Shown here: positions 8,834-18,721 of the stretch, in pieces
Position numbering within the stretch: position 1 is the first letter of the stretch
Layout of the letters: every line of letters begins with the position of its first letter
Origin: Patescibacteria group bacterium
Lineage (GTDB): Bacteria > Patescibacteriota > Minisyncoccia > Phycocordibacterales > UBA6065
DNA length: 40,116 nucleotides
Assembly (NCBI GenBank): GCA_038063975.1
Contig: JBBTTY010000010.1
Span: 1-40,116, forward strand
Direction: 5' to 3'
Translations under genes and position numbers: made by a program
Notes under the pieces: model-generated
Told to the model about the DNA's origin: nothing
The model's input: the letters and a program-made list of their open reading frames with translations, nothing else
The model's database searches: none

Positions 8834-9562
8834 TCAATTCTTCTGCCCCCCATATCTCTTTAATAATCTTTTTCTTTCTCTCATTAAAAATTTATCAGAA
8901 AGTAAGGTAGATTTAGAATTTTCCCAAACCCTGAAATTGGATAATACATGAGGCACATAAGATGTTTTTCCAATTTTGCTAATTTTAAGCCACAAATCAA
9001 GATCTGCCGCATATTCAAAACTTTCATCTATAAAACCGACTTTATCCAATATTTTTTTTATGAAAAAAGTTGAGGGTGAAAAGATAACATTTTTTATTTT
9101 CAATAAATCAACAAAAGAGGTCTCGGTTGAGTATTTCAGATCTTTTTTATCTTTAGAATAATAAAAGTAGCAATCTCCATGTACTAGAACAATAGAGCTA
9201 TCTTCTTGAAATCTTTTTAAAACTATATCAAAAACATTTGGTTCGTAAAAATCATCAGAAGCGATATAAGCCAAAATATCACCCTTAGCTTCTTTGAATC
9301 CTTTATTAAGTGCATCTACAGTCCCATTGTCTTTCTTTGACCACCATCTGAATTCTATACCCATACATTTTATTGGAAATTGATTTTTCTTCAATATTTG
9401 ATCGTATTTTTTTATTATTTCCACACTTTGATCTTTTGAACCACCGTCCGCTATTATATAGTCAATATAAAAGTTTCCTTTTTGAGAAAGAACGCTTAGA
9501 ATGGTTTCCTCCAAGAAAGGACCTTGATTGTATGAAGGGGTTACTATTGTAATTTTTTGCAT
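8834..9562 (-). CDS. Family 2 glycosyltransferase (WcaA-like), paralogue of 3113-4015
   Basis: Motifs: ITIVTPSYNQGPFLEETILSVLSQ...DYIIADGGSKDQS...DNGTVDALNKG...YIASDD. Confidence 0.85.
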   Translation of the reverse strand: MQKITIVTPSYNQGPFLEETILSVLSQKGNFYIDYIIADGGSKDQSVEIIKKYDQILKKNQFPIKCMGIEFRWWSKKDNGTVDALNKGFKEAKGDILAYIASDDFYEPNVFDIVLKRFQEDSSIVLVHGDCYFYYSKDKKDLKYSTETSFVDLLKIKNVIFSPSTFFIKKILDKVGFIDESFEYAADLDLWLKISKIGKTSYVPHVLSNFRVWENSKSTLLSDKFLMRERKRLLKRYGGQKN

Positions 9563-9590
9563 TATTTTTATATTATGCAGTTAGGTGTCG

Positions 9591-9599
9591 ATTATAGCA
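9591..9599 (-). promoter_or_regulatory. Candidate extended -10 promoter (TGcTATAAT on the minus strand) for the 9562-6926 gene block
   Basis: The plus strand reads attatagca, which is TGCTATAAT on the minus strand. It lies 28 nt upstream of the ATG at 9562. Confidence 0.4.
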
Positions 9600-9614
9600 C
9601 CAAATTTTTTAAAG

Positions 9615-9623
9615 TGTTATAAT
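9615..9623 (+). promoter_or_regulatory. Candidate extended -10 promoter (TGtTATAAT) for the 9679-20603 operon
   Basis: TGTTATAAT lies on the plus strand, 55 nt upstream of the ATG at 9679. It sits back to back with the minus-strand box at 9591-9599. Confidence 0.4.
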
Positions 9624-9678
9624 GAGCCTCTATTACAACGTAGTTTAGGTATTTTTTTGTAAAATTAGCCATCATAAA

Positions 9679-10581
9679 ATGTCGATAATCGTAAGAATTC
9701 AAGGTGGCACAGGGAATCAACTTTTTCAATACGCATTCGCTCGTGGGATTGCGAGTCGTCTCGGAGTTGATTATTTGATAGATAGAAAAGTTTGCGATAA
9801 CGCTTTGTGGGATCCACACAAAATACATAGAAAATATTCTTTAGATTTATTTAACACAAAAATAAAATTTGCCGAGGATAATGATATGTGTGGTTTTATA
9901 TGGCTTAGAAAACATCATAGATTATTTGACAGCTTCCATAGATTAATTAGAGGTAGAAGATTGTTTCTACCTTTCTATTACAAAGAACAAACATTTGCGT
10001 ATAATCCAAATGTGTTAAAAAGGAAAGACAATACGTATTATGATGGTTATTGGCAAACCGAAAAATATTTCAAACATATAGAAGACGAAATCAGAACCGA
10101 AATCACATCCCAAAAACCTCTTTCATTACAAAATAAAGCAATTCTTGAAGAAATTAAAAAAGTAAATGCTGTCTCACTTCATGTGAGGCGAGGAGATTAT
10201 GTTACCGATCCAGTGGCAGTTGTTCATCATGGGGTTTGCTCTCCTGAATATTATAAAAAGGCAATTGCATATATAGAAAAAAATGTTTCTAATCCACATT
10301 TCTTTATATTTTCTGACGATTTTCAGTGGTCGGTCGAAAATTTCAAATCACTCAAACACCCGATTGTATGTGTACGAGGAAATGAAGCAAGCGACTATGA
10401 AGATCTCGCTTTAATAAGAGAGTGTAAACACCACATAATATCAAATTCCAGTTTTGGTTGGTGGGGTGCATGGCTTAATCCCAGTAAGAACAAAATAGTT
10501 ATAGGACCAAAAAAATGGTTCAAAGGTCTTGATAAGGTGGATATAAGTGATATATTTCCAAGTAATTGGATAAAATTTTAG
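9679..10581 (+). CDS. GT11 alpha-1,2-fucosyltransferase-type glycosyltransferase (for fucose or a related 6-deoxyhexose)
   Basis: All canonical GT11 motifs are present: IIVRIQGGTGNQLFQYAFARG, SLHVRRGDY, FFIFSDD, ISNSSFGWWGAWLN. Confidence 0.9.
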   Translation: MSIIVRIQGGTGNQLFQYAFARGIASRLGVDYLIDRKVCDNALWDPHKIHRKYSLDLFNTKIKFAEDNDMCGFIWLRKHHRLFDSFHRLIRGRRLFLPFYYKEQTFAYNPNVLKRKDNTYYDGYWQTEKYFKHIEDEIRTEITSQKPLSLQNKAILEEIKKVNAVSLHVRRGDYVTDPVAVVHHGVCSPEYYKKAIAYIEKNVSNPHFFIFSDDFQWSVENFKSLKHPIVCVRGNEASDYEDLALIRECKHHIISNSSFGWWGAWLNPSKNKIVIGPKKWFKGLDKVDISDIFPSNWIKF

Positions 10582-10586
10582 AAATT

Positions 10587-12344
10587 ATGTGTGGAATAAT
10601 CGTTATTACTGGAAAGAATATTGATAAAATAGAAGATACTGAAATAGGTATTATGCTCTCATGTCTCTCATTACGTGGTCCTGACGAGCGTAATTTTGCT
10701 AGATTTAATGAGTCAATACTCGGACAAACCCGTCTCTCTATTGTTGATATAAAAGAAGGCCATCAACCAATGCGTGATAATGCAGGGGCATTTACTATTG
10801 TTTTTAATGGAGAAATATATGGATATAAGGATTTGCGTGATGATCTTATTAAAAAAGGACATAAATTTAGTACGAATTCCGATACAGAAGTTATTCTCAA
10901 GTCTTATATGGAATATGGAAAGGATTGTATGCGACATATTGATGGTATGTTCGCCTTTGCTCTTTGGAATGATGAAAAAAAAGAACTTTTCGTAGCACGT
11001 GACAGATTTGGTAAGAAACCTTTTTATTACACTTTTATTGATGAAGTTTTTTTTGCTACGTCGGAAATAAAAGCTCTTTTTGCCACTGGTCGCATAAAAG
11101 GTCAAATTGATTGTGATGCGCTTGACGACTATCTACGTCTCACCTATGTTCCGCCAAATAAAACGATATACAAAAATATAAAAACTTTACTTCCAGCTCA
11201 TGCGGGAATAATTAAAGATGGAAAAATAGAAATATGGAAATATTGGGAATTAAAAAAACAAGAACTTGATATTTCATATGAAGAAGCAAAAATCAAAATA
11301 AAAAGTCTTTTTGATGAGGCGGTAAAAAAACGAATGATTGCTGATGTGGAAATTGGATCTCTATTATCCGGTGGTGTTGATTCGACCATAGTTACCCTCT
11401 ATGCTCAAAAATATTCAAAAACTCCGATAAAGACATTTTCAGTTGGGTATGAAGGTATCAAAAACGAACTGCCATTTGCTTTCGAAGCGTCTAAAAAAAT
11501 TGGTACTGATCATTATACTCTCGATATAAAATCAAATTTGATAGACGAGCTTAAAAAAATAATTGAATACATGGATGAACCACATGCTGATTCATCAAAT
11601 TTTCCTCAACATATGATATCCGAGTTGGCATCTTCAAAAGTAAAAGTGGTTCTTTCTGGCGATGGCGCTGACGAACTATTTATGGGTTATGGTTGGTATC
11701 AAAAATATTGGCATACGCCACGTTGGAAAATATCGAGACTTTTTAGTAATTCTTTTAAAGCTCAACAAAAGGAAATAACCGTATTTGATAAAAATAAAAG
11801 ACAAAAACTATTAAAAGAAAAAACATTAGAAAATGAAGCTTTTGAAAATGAGGTTGTAAAAAATATTTCTAATCCTATAGAAAAAATAAACGCTTTTGAC
11901 CTATGTGTATATTTATCTGGTCAACTTCTCACAAAAATAGACAGAACCAGCATGATGCATTCCTTGGAGATTAGATCACCTTTTCTCGATACAGCTCTCG
12001 CAGAATTTGTTTATAATCTCCCCATAGAATTCAAACTTTCTAAAACAAAAAATAAAATTATTCTCAAAGATATCTTGGCTGAGACCTTCTCAAAAGAATT
12101 TGTTTATAGAAGAAAACAAGGTTTTGGGGCACCTATAGAAAAATGGCTCCAAGATGAAAAAATGAAAGTATTTGTTAAAACTATTTTAGAAAGTGAAAAC
12201 AATATGTATCGTTTTATAGACAAAAACCAAACAATAAAAATTTTAAACGATTTTTATTCAAAAAAAATCCGTGATGCGCGGAAAGTTTGGTCACTTCTCT
12301 GTCTAGCTCTCTGGTTTAATGCTCATGGAAAATATCATGAATAA
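10587..12344 (+). CDS. Asparagine synthase (glutamine-hydrolysing)-family amidotransferase, AsnB/WbpS-like
   Basis: The MCGII N-terminal nucleophile Cys follows the ATG at 10587; the ORF track starts 7 codons earlier. Motifs: RGPDE, GEIYGY, SDTEV, the PP-loop SLLSGGVDST and GDGADELFMGY. Confidence 0.9.
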   Translation: MCGIIVITGKNIDKIEDTEIGIMLSCLSLRGPDERNFARFNESILGQTRLSIVDIKEGHQPMRDNAGAFTIVFNGEIYGYKDLRDDLIKKGHKFSTNSDTEVILKSYMEYGKDCMRHIDGMFAFALWNDEKKELFVARDRFGKKPFYYTFIDEVFFATSEIKALFATGRIKGQIDCDALDDYLRLTYVPPNKTIYKNIKTLLPAHAGIIKDGKIEIWKYWELKKQELDISYEEAKIKIKSLFDEAVKKRMIADVEIGSLLSGGVDSTIVTLYAQKYSKTPIKTFSVGYEGIKNELPFAFEASKKIGTDHYTLDIKSNLIDELKKIIEYMDEPHADSSNFPQHMISELASSKVKVVLSGDGADELFMGYGWYQKYWHTPRWKISRLFSNSFKAQQKEITVFDKNKRQKLLKEKTLENEAFENEVVKNISNPIEKINAFDLCVYLSGQLLTKIDRTSMMHSLEIRSPFLDTALAEFVYNLPIEFKLSKTKNKIILKDILAETFSKEFVYRRKQGFGAPIEKWLQDEKMKVFVKTILESENNMYRFIDKNQTIKILNDFYSKKIRDARKVWSLLCLALWFNAHGKYHE

Positions 12345-13509
12345 ATTAGTAGAAATATATTGGGTACTAAAAAATAAAATAACCAATAAGATATGGGGAG
12401 TCGTAAATGTACCGGTATTAAATAAGAAAAAAGGTGATGTTCTCATTTCTTACATAACGGCACCGTTTACGCTTTTTCCATGGGAAAAAAAGACTGACCC
12501 ACATAGTAATTATTGGGAATGCAGAAAAATCGCTCGTTTATTTTCAATCCGTGGTTATTCGGTTGATTGTATAAATGCTGGTGAGCATAGATTTATCCCG
12601 CATAAAAATTATATTGTTTGTGTGGATATTCAACAGGATTTAGAACGTCTCTCGAAATATTTACCCGCTTCATGTAAAAAAGTAATCCATATAGATAATC
12701 CTTATTCCATCTATTACAATAAACAAGAAAGTGAACGTTTAAAGAAACTTCAAGAGCGACGAGGTGCAATATTGAATCCTAAAAGGCAGATAAAACTTTC
12801 ACAAAGCGTTGCTAGAGCTGATTTTTTGGAAGGTTTTGGCAACAAAACTGTTCATAATTCATACAGAGAATTTGGAAAGCCAATATTTCCAATTCCTATT
12901 TCTGTGTCCGAAAAATTTAATTTTCCTGAAAATAAAAATTTTGAGAAGGCGAGAAAACACTTTCTATATTTTGGCGGTGGCGGGGCAGTGTTAAAAGGCC
13001 TGGATTTAGCTGTAGAAGCTTTTGCCCGACTTCCTGATCTTTATCTACATATTGTTGGTCCAGCGCCTTTTGAAAGTGACTTTACGAAAGAATATGAAAA
13101 AGAATTAAAACTCCAAAATATAATTTGTTATGGTAGACCAAAAATAAACGATAATGGTCATATAAATATAGGTGGTAAACCCTTTATGGAGGTAATGAAT
13201 ATGTGCGCGGCTGTTATTTATCCGTCAGCCGCCGAAGGTACTTCTGGTGCGGTAATTCAGGCCATACACGCTGGATTGATACCTATTGTCACCCCAGAAA
13301 CAGGAATTGACCCACAAATAGGTGGAATAATTCTACATAATCCAACTGTGGAGTCTGTTATGAAGACCGTTAAAGATTTCTCTAAGATGCCAGGATCGAT
13401 GTTGAAAAAATATGCTCATGATGCATGGTCGTATGTAAATCAACACCATACAAAAGAAACATTCAGTAATGCATACGCTAAATTCATAGATAATATATTA
13501 AAACTATGA
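12319..13509 (+). CDS. GT-B fold glycosyltransferase (GT4/GT1-like)
   Basis: The C-terminal half reads FLYFGGGGAVLKGLDLAVEAF...LHIVG...YPSAAEGTSGAVIQAIHAGLIPIVTPETG, an EX7E-type region. In-frame ATGs at 12325 and 12337 are alternative starts. Confidence 0.75.
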   Translation: MLMENIMNKLVEIYWVLKNKITNKIWGVVNVPVLNKKKGDVLISYITAPFTLFPWEKKTDPHSNYWECRKIARLFSIRGYSVDCINAGEHRFIPHKNYIVCVDIQQDLERLSKYLPASCKKVIHIDNPYSIYYNKQESERLKKLQERRGAILNPKRQIKLSQSVARADFLEGFGNKTVHNSYREFGKPIFPIPISVSEKFNFPENKNFEKARKHFLYFGGGGAVLKGLDLAVEAFARLPDLYLHIVGPAPFESDFTKEYEKELKLQNIICYGRPKINDNGHINIGGKPFMEVMNMCAAVIYPSAAEGTSGAVIQAIHAGLIPIVTPETGIDPQIGGIILHNPTVESVMKTVKDFSKMPGSMLKKYAHDAWSYVNQHHTKETFSNAYAKFIDNILKL

Positions 13510-14345
13510 CTAAACCCCTCATAAGTGTCATTATTCCTGTTCATAATTGCGAGAAAACAATCGCTATAGCTATAGATTCTATTCTCAACCAAACTTACAA
13601 AAATCTTGAAGTTATTGTAGTGGATGATGGTAGTACTGATGGTACGAGGGCAATAGTGGAACAAATAGTGAAAAAAAATCAAAATATAAAACTTATTACA
13701 GGTTCAGATGATCCATATCGCTTCGACATTAAACTCAATCGCAACGTGAACGCCGGCTATTCTGCTCGTAATACAGGCTTTAAACACGCTCTAGGAGAAT
13801 ACATAACATTCCAGGATGCAGATGACGCTTCTTTTCTCAATCGGATAGAGGTTCAATATGATCTTCTTAAAAAATACAGTTCAACTCATGTCACTTTGGA
13901 TTGGATTCGGTTTAATGAAAAATATCTCGGGAAAAAATTAGATGTATCACAATATTTGCAGAACCTTGAAATGACGGGCCCAGATGAACTCTATAAAATG
14001 TCTCAAAGATCAAAAGGATTTGTCGCCAAAATTTCAAAAACTTTGAACATTGCAATACCTTTCCATATAAAAAGAAAGAAATTTATAAATAAACTATTTT
14101 TCGGCTCGTTGGAAAATTATCCCGGTACAGGAAACTCTCCTCTTTTCAAATGCGAGGTCTTGGAAAAAGTAAAATTCAGAAAACTGGCCGATCGTGTGTG
14201 GCCTTCATTTATGGGTCGAGGTGCCGATAAAGATTTTAATTTTCAAATTGCAGAGACTTTCAAAAATAGTCATGTATTTTTTATTCCTCTCTACATGTGG
14301 CGGGTAAAGAACAAAAATTCACGTTACCTAAATGGAATAGAATAG
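13506..14345 (+). CDS. Family 2 glycosyltransferase
   Basis: Motifs: ISVIIPVHNCEKTIAIAIDSILNQTYKNLEVIVVDDGSTDGT...FQDADD. An ATGA start/stop overlap links it to the upstream gene. Confidence 0.85.
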   Translation: MTKPLISVIIPVHNCEKTIAIAIDSILNQTYKNLEVIVVDDGSTDGTRAIVEQIVKKNQNIKLITGSDDPYRFDIKLNRNVNAGYSARNTGFKHALGEYITFQDADDASFLNRIEVQYDLLKKYSSTHVTLDWIRFNEKYLGKKLDVSQYLQNLEMTGPDELYKMSQRSKGFVAKISKTLNIAIPFHIKRKKFINKLFFGSLENYPGTGNSPLFKCEVLEKVKFRKLADRVWPSFMGRGADKDFNFQIAETFKNSHVFFIPLYMWRVKNKNSRYLNGIE

Positions 14346-14365
14346 TTTATAATGCAGACTACTTT

Positions 14366-15118
14366 ATGAAACATTTGAAGAGAAAAATTTTAGAAATGGC
14401 AGTAAAAGCCGGAGAAGGCCATATACCAAGCGCCTTTTCCGTCCTCGATATACTCTGGGTTCTATATGATAGGGTGCTTGATACAAGACCGCATACTAAA
14501 GGTAATGACCATTTTATATTGAGCAAAGGTCATTCATCAATGGGTTTATATATAGTTCTCGCCGAAAAAGGTTTCATACAAAAAGATATCCTTGAAACTC
14601 TCGGTAAATTTGAAAGTATTTTAGGTGGACATCCAGATAGAACGAAAATGTCGGATATAGAAGCATCAACTGGATCTTTGGGACATGGTCTCCCCATGGC
14701 AGTTGGACTGGCGCTTGGTATGCGTATAAAAAAGGAAATAGGACGAGTCTATACGATAATCGGTGACGGTGAATGTAATGAGGGTACAATTTGGGAATCG
14801 GCACTCTTGGCATCGCATCACAGACTCAATAATCTTTATTGTATTGTTGATTACAATCACTCTGGTGACAGAGCTTTATCACTCGGTGATTTACGAGCAA
14901 AATTTGAATCTTTTGGTTGGGATTCAGTATCAATTGATGGACATAATCATGATGAAATATATAAAATTCTCACTAAAAAAAGTGATGTCAAACCAATGGC
15001 TATAATAGCAAACACTGTAAAAGGTAAAGGTTTAAAAGTAATGGAAAATAATCATGAATGGCATCACAAAACACCAAAATACGAAGAATTAATGGCTTTT
15101 ATGGAAGAACTAAAATAA
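14366..15118 (+). CDS. Transketolase, N-terminal (ThDP pyrophosphate-binding) subunit
   Basis: Motifs: GEGHIPSAFSVLDILWVLY, SKGHSSMGLY, GGHPD, STGSLGHGLPMAVGLA, IIGDGECNEGTIWESA, VDYN. The ATG at 14366 (MKHLKRKILE...) avoids overlap with the upstream GT2; the ORF track starts at 14297. Confidence 0.9.
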   Translation: MKHLKRKILEMAVKAGEGHIPSAFSVLDILWVLYDRVLDTRPHTKGNDHFILSKGHSSMGLYIVLAEKGFIQKDILETLGKFESILGGHPDRTKMSDIEASTGSLGHGLPMAVGLALGMRIKKEIGRVYTIIGDGECNEGTIWESALLASHHRLNNLYCIVDYNHSGDRALSLGDLRAKFESFGWDSVSIDGHNHDEIYKILTKKSDVKPMAIIANTVKGKGLKVMENNHEWHHKTPKYEELMAFMEELK

Positions 15119-15119
15119 T

Positions 15120-16001
15120 ATGCGTAAACAGTTTGTAAAAACAATCGAAGAAATTCTCAGTAAAGACAACAGGCTTGTTGTACTTTTAGGTGATATTGGT
15201 ATATTTGGTTTTAATAATTCTTTTAAAAATTATCCGTCACGTGTTTATAATATAGGAATATTGGAACAATCTACTATAGGTGTAGCTGCGGGACTTTCCA
15301 TGAATGGTCTCGTGCCGGTTGTTCATACAATTGCTCCTTTTATTGTTGAACGTGGGTTTGAACAAATTAAAGATGACTTTGGTTATCAAAAACTCGGTGG
15401 TAATTTCGTGTCTGTAGGAGCATCCTATGATTATGCAGCTCTCGGATGTACCCATCATTGTCCAGCCGATGTGGGGGTTTTGAAAAACATACCCGGAGTT
15501 GAAATAATTGTACCTGGAACAGCTTCTGAGTTTGATCGTCTTTTCAAATCTTCTTATGCGGATGGAAAGCCAACTTATTTTCGATTGAGTGAAAAAAGTA
15601 ATACTCAAAGCTATGATGTTGAATTCGGTAAAGCTTTCATAATAAAAAAAGGCTCAAAAGCTACAGTTATTGCTGTTGGCCCAATGCTCGATATGGTAAA
15701 AGAGGCCTGCAAAGATCTCGATGTCACCATTCTCTATTACACCACTCTCGCACCATTTGACGAAGGGACACTTGCGAATGCGATCTCCGGTAAGACTATT
15801 TTCGTCTGCGAGCCTTTTTATGAAGGCACACTTTCTTTTGATGTGTCAAAAGCTCTTTCAAAAATGAGTATTATGCCACGAATGGTATATATTGGTGTAC
15901 CTAGAGAGTTTATTCATTATTACGGTAAATCTGAAGATATAGATAAACATTTGAAATTAAGGACAGAAGATATCAGAGAGAGAATAGTAAACAATATATA
16001 A
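15120..16001 (+). CDS. Transketolase, C-terminal (pyrimidine-binding) subunit
   Basis: Motifs: VVLLGDIG, NIGILEQSTIGVAAGLSMNGLVPVVHTIAPF, GASYDYAALGCTHHCPADVGVL, IVPGT. It starts 1 nt after the N-subunit stop. Confidence 0.9.
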   Translation: MRKQFVKTIEEILSKDNRLVVLLGDIGIFGFNNSFKNYPSRVYNIGILEQSTIGVAAGLSMNGLVPVVHTIAPFIVERGFEQIKDDFGYQKLGGNFVSVGASYDYAALGCTHHCPADVGVLKNIPGVEIIVPGTASEFDRLFKSSYADGKPTYFRLSEKSNTQSYDVEFGKAFIIKKGSKATVIAVGPMLDMVKEACKDLDVTILYYTTLAPFDEGTLANAISGKTIFVCEPFYEGTLSFDVSKALSKMSIMPRMVYIGVPREFIHYYGKSEDIDKHLKLRTEDIRERIVNNI

Positions 16002-16002
16002 A

Positions 16003-17019
16003 ATGCATAAATTAGCCAAATTCATATACGATGATGTTGAAAAAGTAGTGAATAAAATTGATTTTTCAAAGCTCAATAAGAAAACAGTAATGATTACCGG
16101 TGCGACCGGACTCCTAGGAACATATATGGTAGCGAGTCTAAAACGAGCAAGCGATGAAAAAAAATTCTCTGTGAAAATTGTCGCTTTGGGGCGAAATAAA
16201 CCAGAAGAATATTGGAAAGATCTTTTACCGAAAGGATCAAAATTTATTGAAGGCGACATTACCGACTATAAATTTCTCGAAAATTTGCCCCAAACTGATT
16301 ACATAATTCACGCAGCCGGCTATGGCCAGCCGGGAAAATTTTTAATCGATCCAATCAAAACATTGAAACTTAATACTTTTTCCACGTTTATTATTTTTGA
16401 AAAACTGCGGAAGGGAGGAAAATTTCTATTTATATCAACGAGCGAAATTTATAGCGGTTCAACGTCTCTTCCTTACAAAGAAAATTCAATTGGTATAACC
16501 AACACAACACACAAGAGGGCTTGTTATATTGAAGGTAAGCGCACGGGGGAGGCCATTTCTATGGCATATCGAAGTAAAGGTGTTGATGTTTTTGTTGCCA
16601 GAGTAAGTCTCATATATGGACCTGGTATAAAGAAAGGTGATCAGCGCGTTCTGAATTCGTTTATAGAGAAGGGGCTTAAAGGTGAAATTTCTCTTCTAGA
16701 TAGCGGTGAAGCCAAGCGCACATATTGTTATGTGAATGATGGGATTGAAATGTTGTGGAATATATTATTGGAAGGTCATGACTCCGTATACAATGTCGGC
16801 GGCGAGTCAAAAGTAACCATTGCCGAGCTTGCTCAAAAAATTGGAAAATATTTGGCGGTACCAGTAAAAATTCCCCAAAATGATCATTCGGTTTCAGGTG
16901 CACCGGAAGATGTTTGGCTCGATCTCACTAAAATAAAAAAAGAGTTTAAAAAAACTAATTTCGTTTCACTTGATGAAGGTCTATCAAAGACCATAGAATG
17001 GGTTAAACAGCAAATATAA
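16003..17019 (+). CDS. Extended SDR, NAD-dependent nucleotide-sugar epimerase/dehydratase/reductase
   Basis: Rossmann motif VMITGATGLLGTY. The STSEIYSG serine region is present, as is the YxxxK motif (YIEGKRTGE). Confidence 0.85.
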   Translation: MHKLAKFIYDDVEKVVNKIDFSKLNKKTVMITGATGLLGTYMVASLKRASDEKKFSVKIVALGRNKPEEYWKDLLPKGSKFIEGDITDYKFLENLPQTDYIIHAAGYGQPGKFLIDPIKTLKLNTFSTFIIFEKLRKGGKFLFISTSEIYSGSTSLPYKENSIGITNTTHKRACYIEGKRTGEAISMAYRSKGVDVFVARVSLIYGPGIKKGDQRVLNSFIEKGLKGEISLLDSGEAKRTYCYVNDGIEMLWNILLEGHDSVYNVGGESKVTIAELAQKIGKYLAVPVKIPQNDHSVSGAPEDVWLDLTKIKKEFKKTNFVSLDEGLSKTIEWVKQQI

Positions 17020-17020
17020 A

Positions 17021-18070
17021 ATGGCAAAAATTACCAAAAAAGAAAGATTTTTTATAACTGGTGGAATGGGTTATATAGGTACTGTTTTCGCTAGGGAGGC
17101 CTTAAAAAAAGGGCATGATGTCTGTTTATATGATTCTCTAATATATGAACAGAACCCAACTAGAATCCTAAAAGAAATTTCAAAAAAAGATAAAAATTCT
17201 CAATTAAAATTTATAATAGGCGATACACGCAATAAAAAACTTCTTATATCATCTTTAAAAGATTTTAAACCGACATATGTTTTGCATTTCGGGGAACTTT
17301 CCAGTGTATATGCTTGCAACCATAATCCAACATTAACCGAAAATATAAATTATAAAACATCAAAACAAGTATTAGATATATGCGAAAATCTCAGTTTGAA
17401 GGTTCTCTATAATTCAACATCCAGTGTCTATGGTACGCAAGAAGAGTCAAAATTAATGAAGGAAGAGGATGTTCTACCGGAACCGACAGATTATTATTGT
17501 CGTTATAAATTGCAGATGGAAGATTATATAAAAAATAAAATCAAAAAAAATAAAAACTTTGAAATCATAATTTTTCGGCCTGCAACGGTTTTTGGTTTAT
17601 CTCCACGTTTTAGAATTGAATTATTACCGAATCATTTTACCTATATGGCTGTTTCCAAAAAAAATATCCCGTTGTCTGGGTTAGATTCCTATAGAGCGGC
17701 AATTGGTGTAGATGAATTAGTAGATGGTTATTTTAGAGTTATAGAAAAAGGGAATTGGAAATATTTGTTATATAACATCGGACATCATAATATAAATAAG
17801 AGACAATTTGCTTTAGGTGTGAAAAGTGTCGTACCTTGTAAAATAAGTATAACTCCCGGTATAGGTGACTTACGAAACTTGCAGATTGATTGTTCACGAT
17901 TTAACAAGGAATTTGATTTTAAACCGTCTATTTCTTATGAAGAGAGTATAGGTAAGGTGGCTAAATGGATAAAGGCCAATCTCAATTATATTGAAAACAA
18001 TAATTTTGCTGAACTGCTCAATATGCCAATAGATAAATGGCGACAAATCTGTGGTCAACAAAAAATATAA
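17021..18070 (+). CDS. Extended SDR, NAD-dependent nucleotide-sugar epimerase/dehydratase
   Basis: Motifs: FFITGGMGYIGTVF, STSSVYG and YxxxK (YCRYKLQME). Confidence 0.8.
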   Translation: MAKITKKERFFITGGMGYIGTVFAREALKKGHDVCLYDSLIYEQNPTRILKEISKKDKNSQLKFIIGDTRNKKLLISSLKDFKPTYVLHFGELSSVYACNHNPTLTENINYKTSKQVLDICENLSLKVLYNSTSSVYGTQEESKLMKEEDVLPEPTDYYCRYKLQMEDYIKNKIKKNKNFEIIIFRPATVFGLSPRFRIELLPNHFTYMAVSKKNIPLSGLDSYRAAIGVDELVDGYFRVIEKGNWKYLLYNIGHHNINKRQFALGVKSVVPCKISITPGIGDLRNLQIDCSRFNKEFDFKPSISYEESIGKVAKWIKANLNYIENNNFAELLNMPIDKWRQICGQQKI

Positions 18071-18693
18071 TGATTAAATCAATAGCAAAAATAATACTCG
18101 GTTCAAAATATGAGTTTTTCCGTTATAGATATCAAAAGTATAAAGACGGAATAAAACACTATTTATCAATCAAAAAAAGAAAGAAAAATGATGCAAAAAT
18201 TATTCTTAGCTATAGAGAACGTTTTAATCCAAATATATTCATAGAAACCGGTACATATAAAGGAGATGTGCTTAATTTGGTAAAAAAATCTTTTGATGAA
18301 ATATATTCAATAGAATTAGGAGAAAAATTATATAAAAAAGCTTTACAAAGATTTAGAAAAGATAAACATATTAAACTTTTTTTAGGAGATTCTGGAATTG
18401 TACTTTCTAAAATTCTTGTAGATGTAAATGAATCTGTTCTATTTTGGCTTGACGCACATTATTCAAAAGCTGATACTGTTTGTGGGGATATACCAACACC
18501 TATTGAAAAAGAACTTGAAATAATTTTTTCACATAAGATTAAAAATCATGTAATTCTCATAGACGATGCAAGATGTTTCACAGGAAATGATGGTTATCCA
18601 ACAGTTGAAACTATTAGTAATTTGGCTAATATGAATGGGTATTCATGTGAAGTAAAAGATGATAAATTTCGACTTACCTCCTCTTGTCAATAA
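18070..18693 (+). CDS. Putative class I SAM-dependent methyltransferase-like protein (family uncertain)
   Basis: Motifs: NIFIETGTYKGD, SIELGEKLYKKALQRF, LFLGDS, VLFWLDAHYS, VILIDDARCF. This pattern recurs in small methyltransferase-like proteins of glycan loci (recalled from memory). The ATG at 18070 overlaps the upstream TAA by 1 nt. Confidence 0.5.
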   Translation: MIKSIAKIILGSKYEFFRYRYQKYKDGIKHYLSIKKRKKNDAKIILSYRERFNPNIFIETGTYKGDVLNLVKKSFDEIYSIELGEKLYKKALQRFRKDKHIKLFLGDSGIVLSKILVDVNESVLFWLDAHYSKADTVCGDIPTPIEKELEIIFSHKIKNHVILIDDARCFTGNDGYPTVETISNLANMNGYSCEVKDDKFRLTSSCQ

Positions 18694-18721
18694 GAAATAT
18701 CAATAAGAAATAAAGAAAAGA

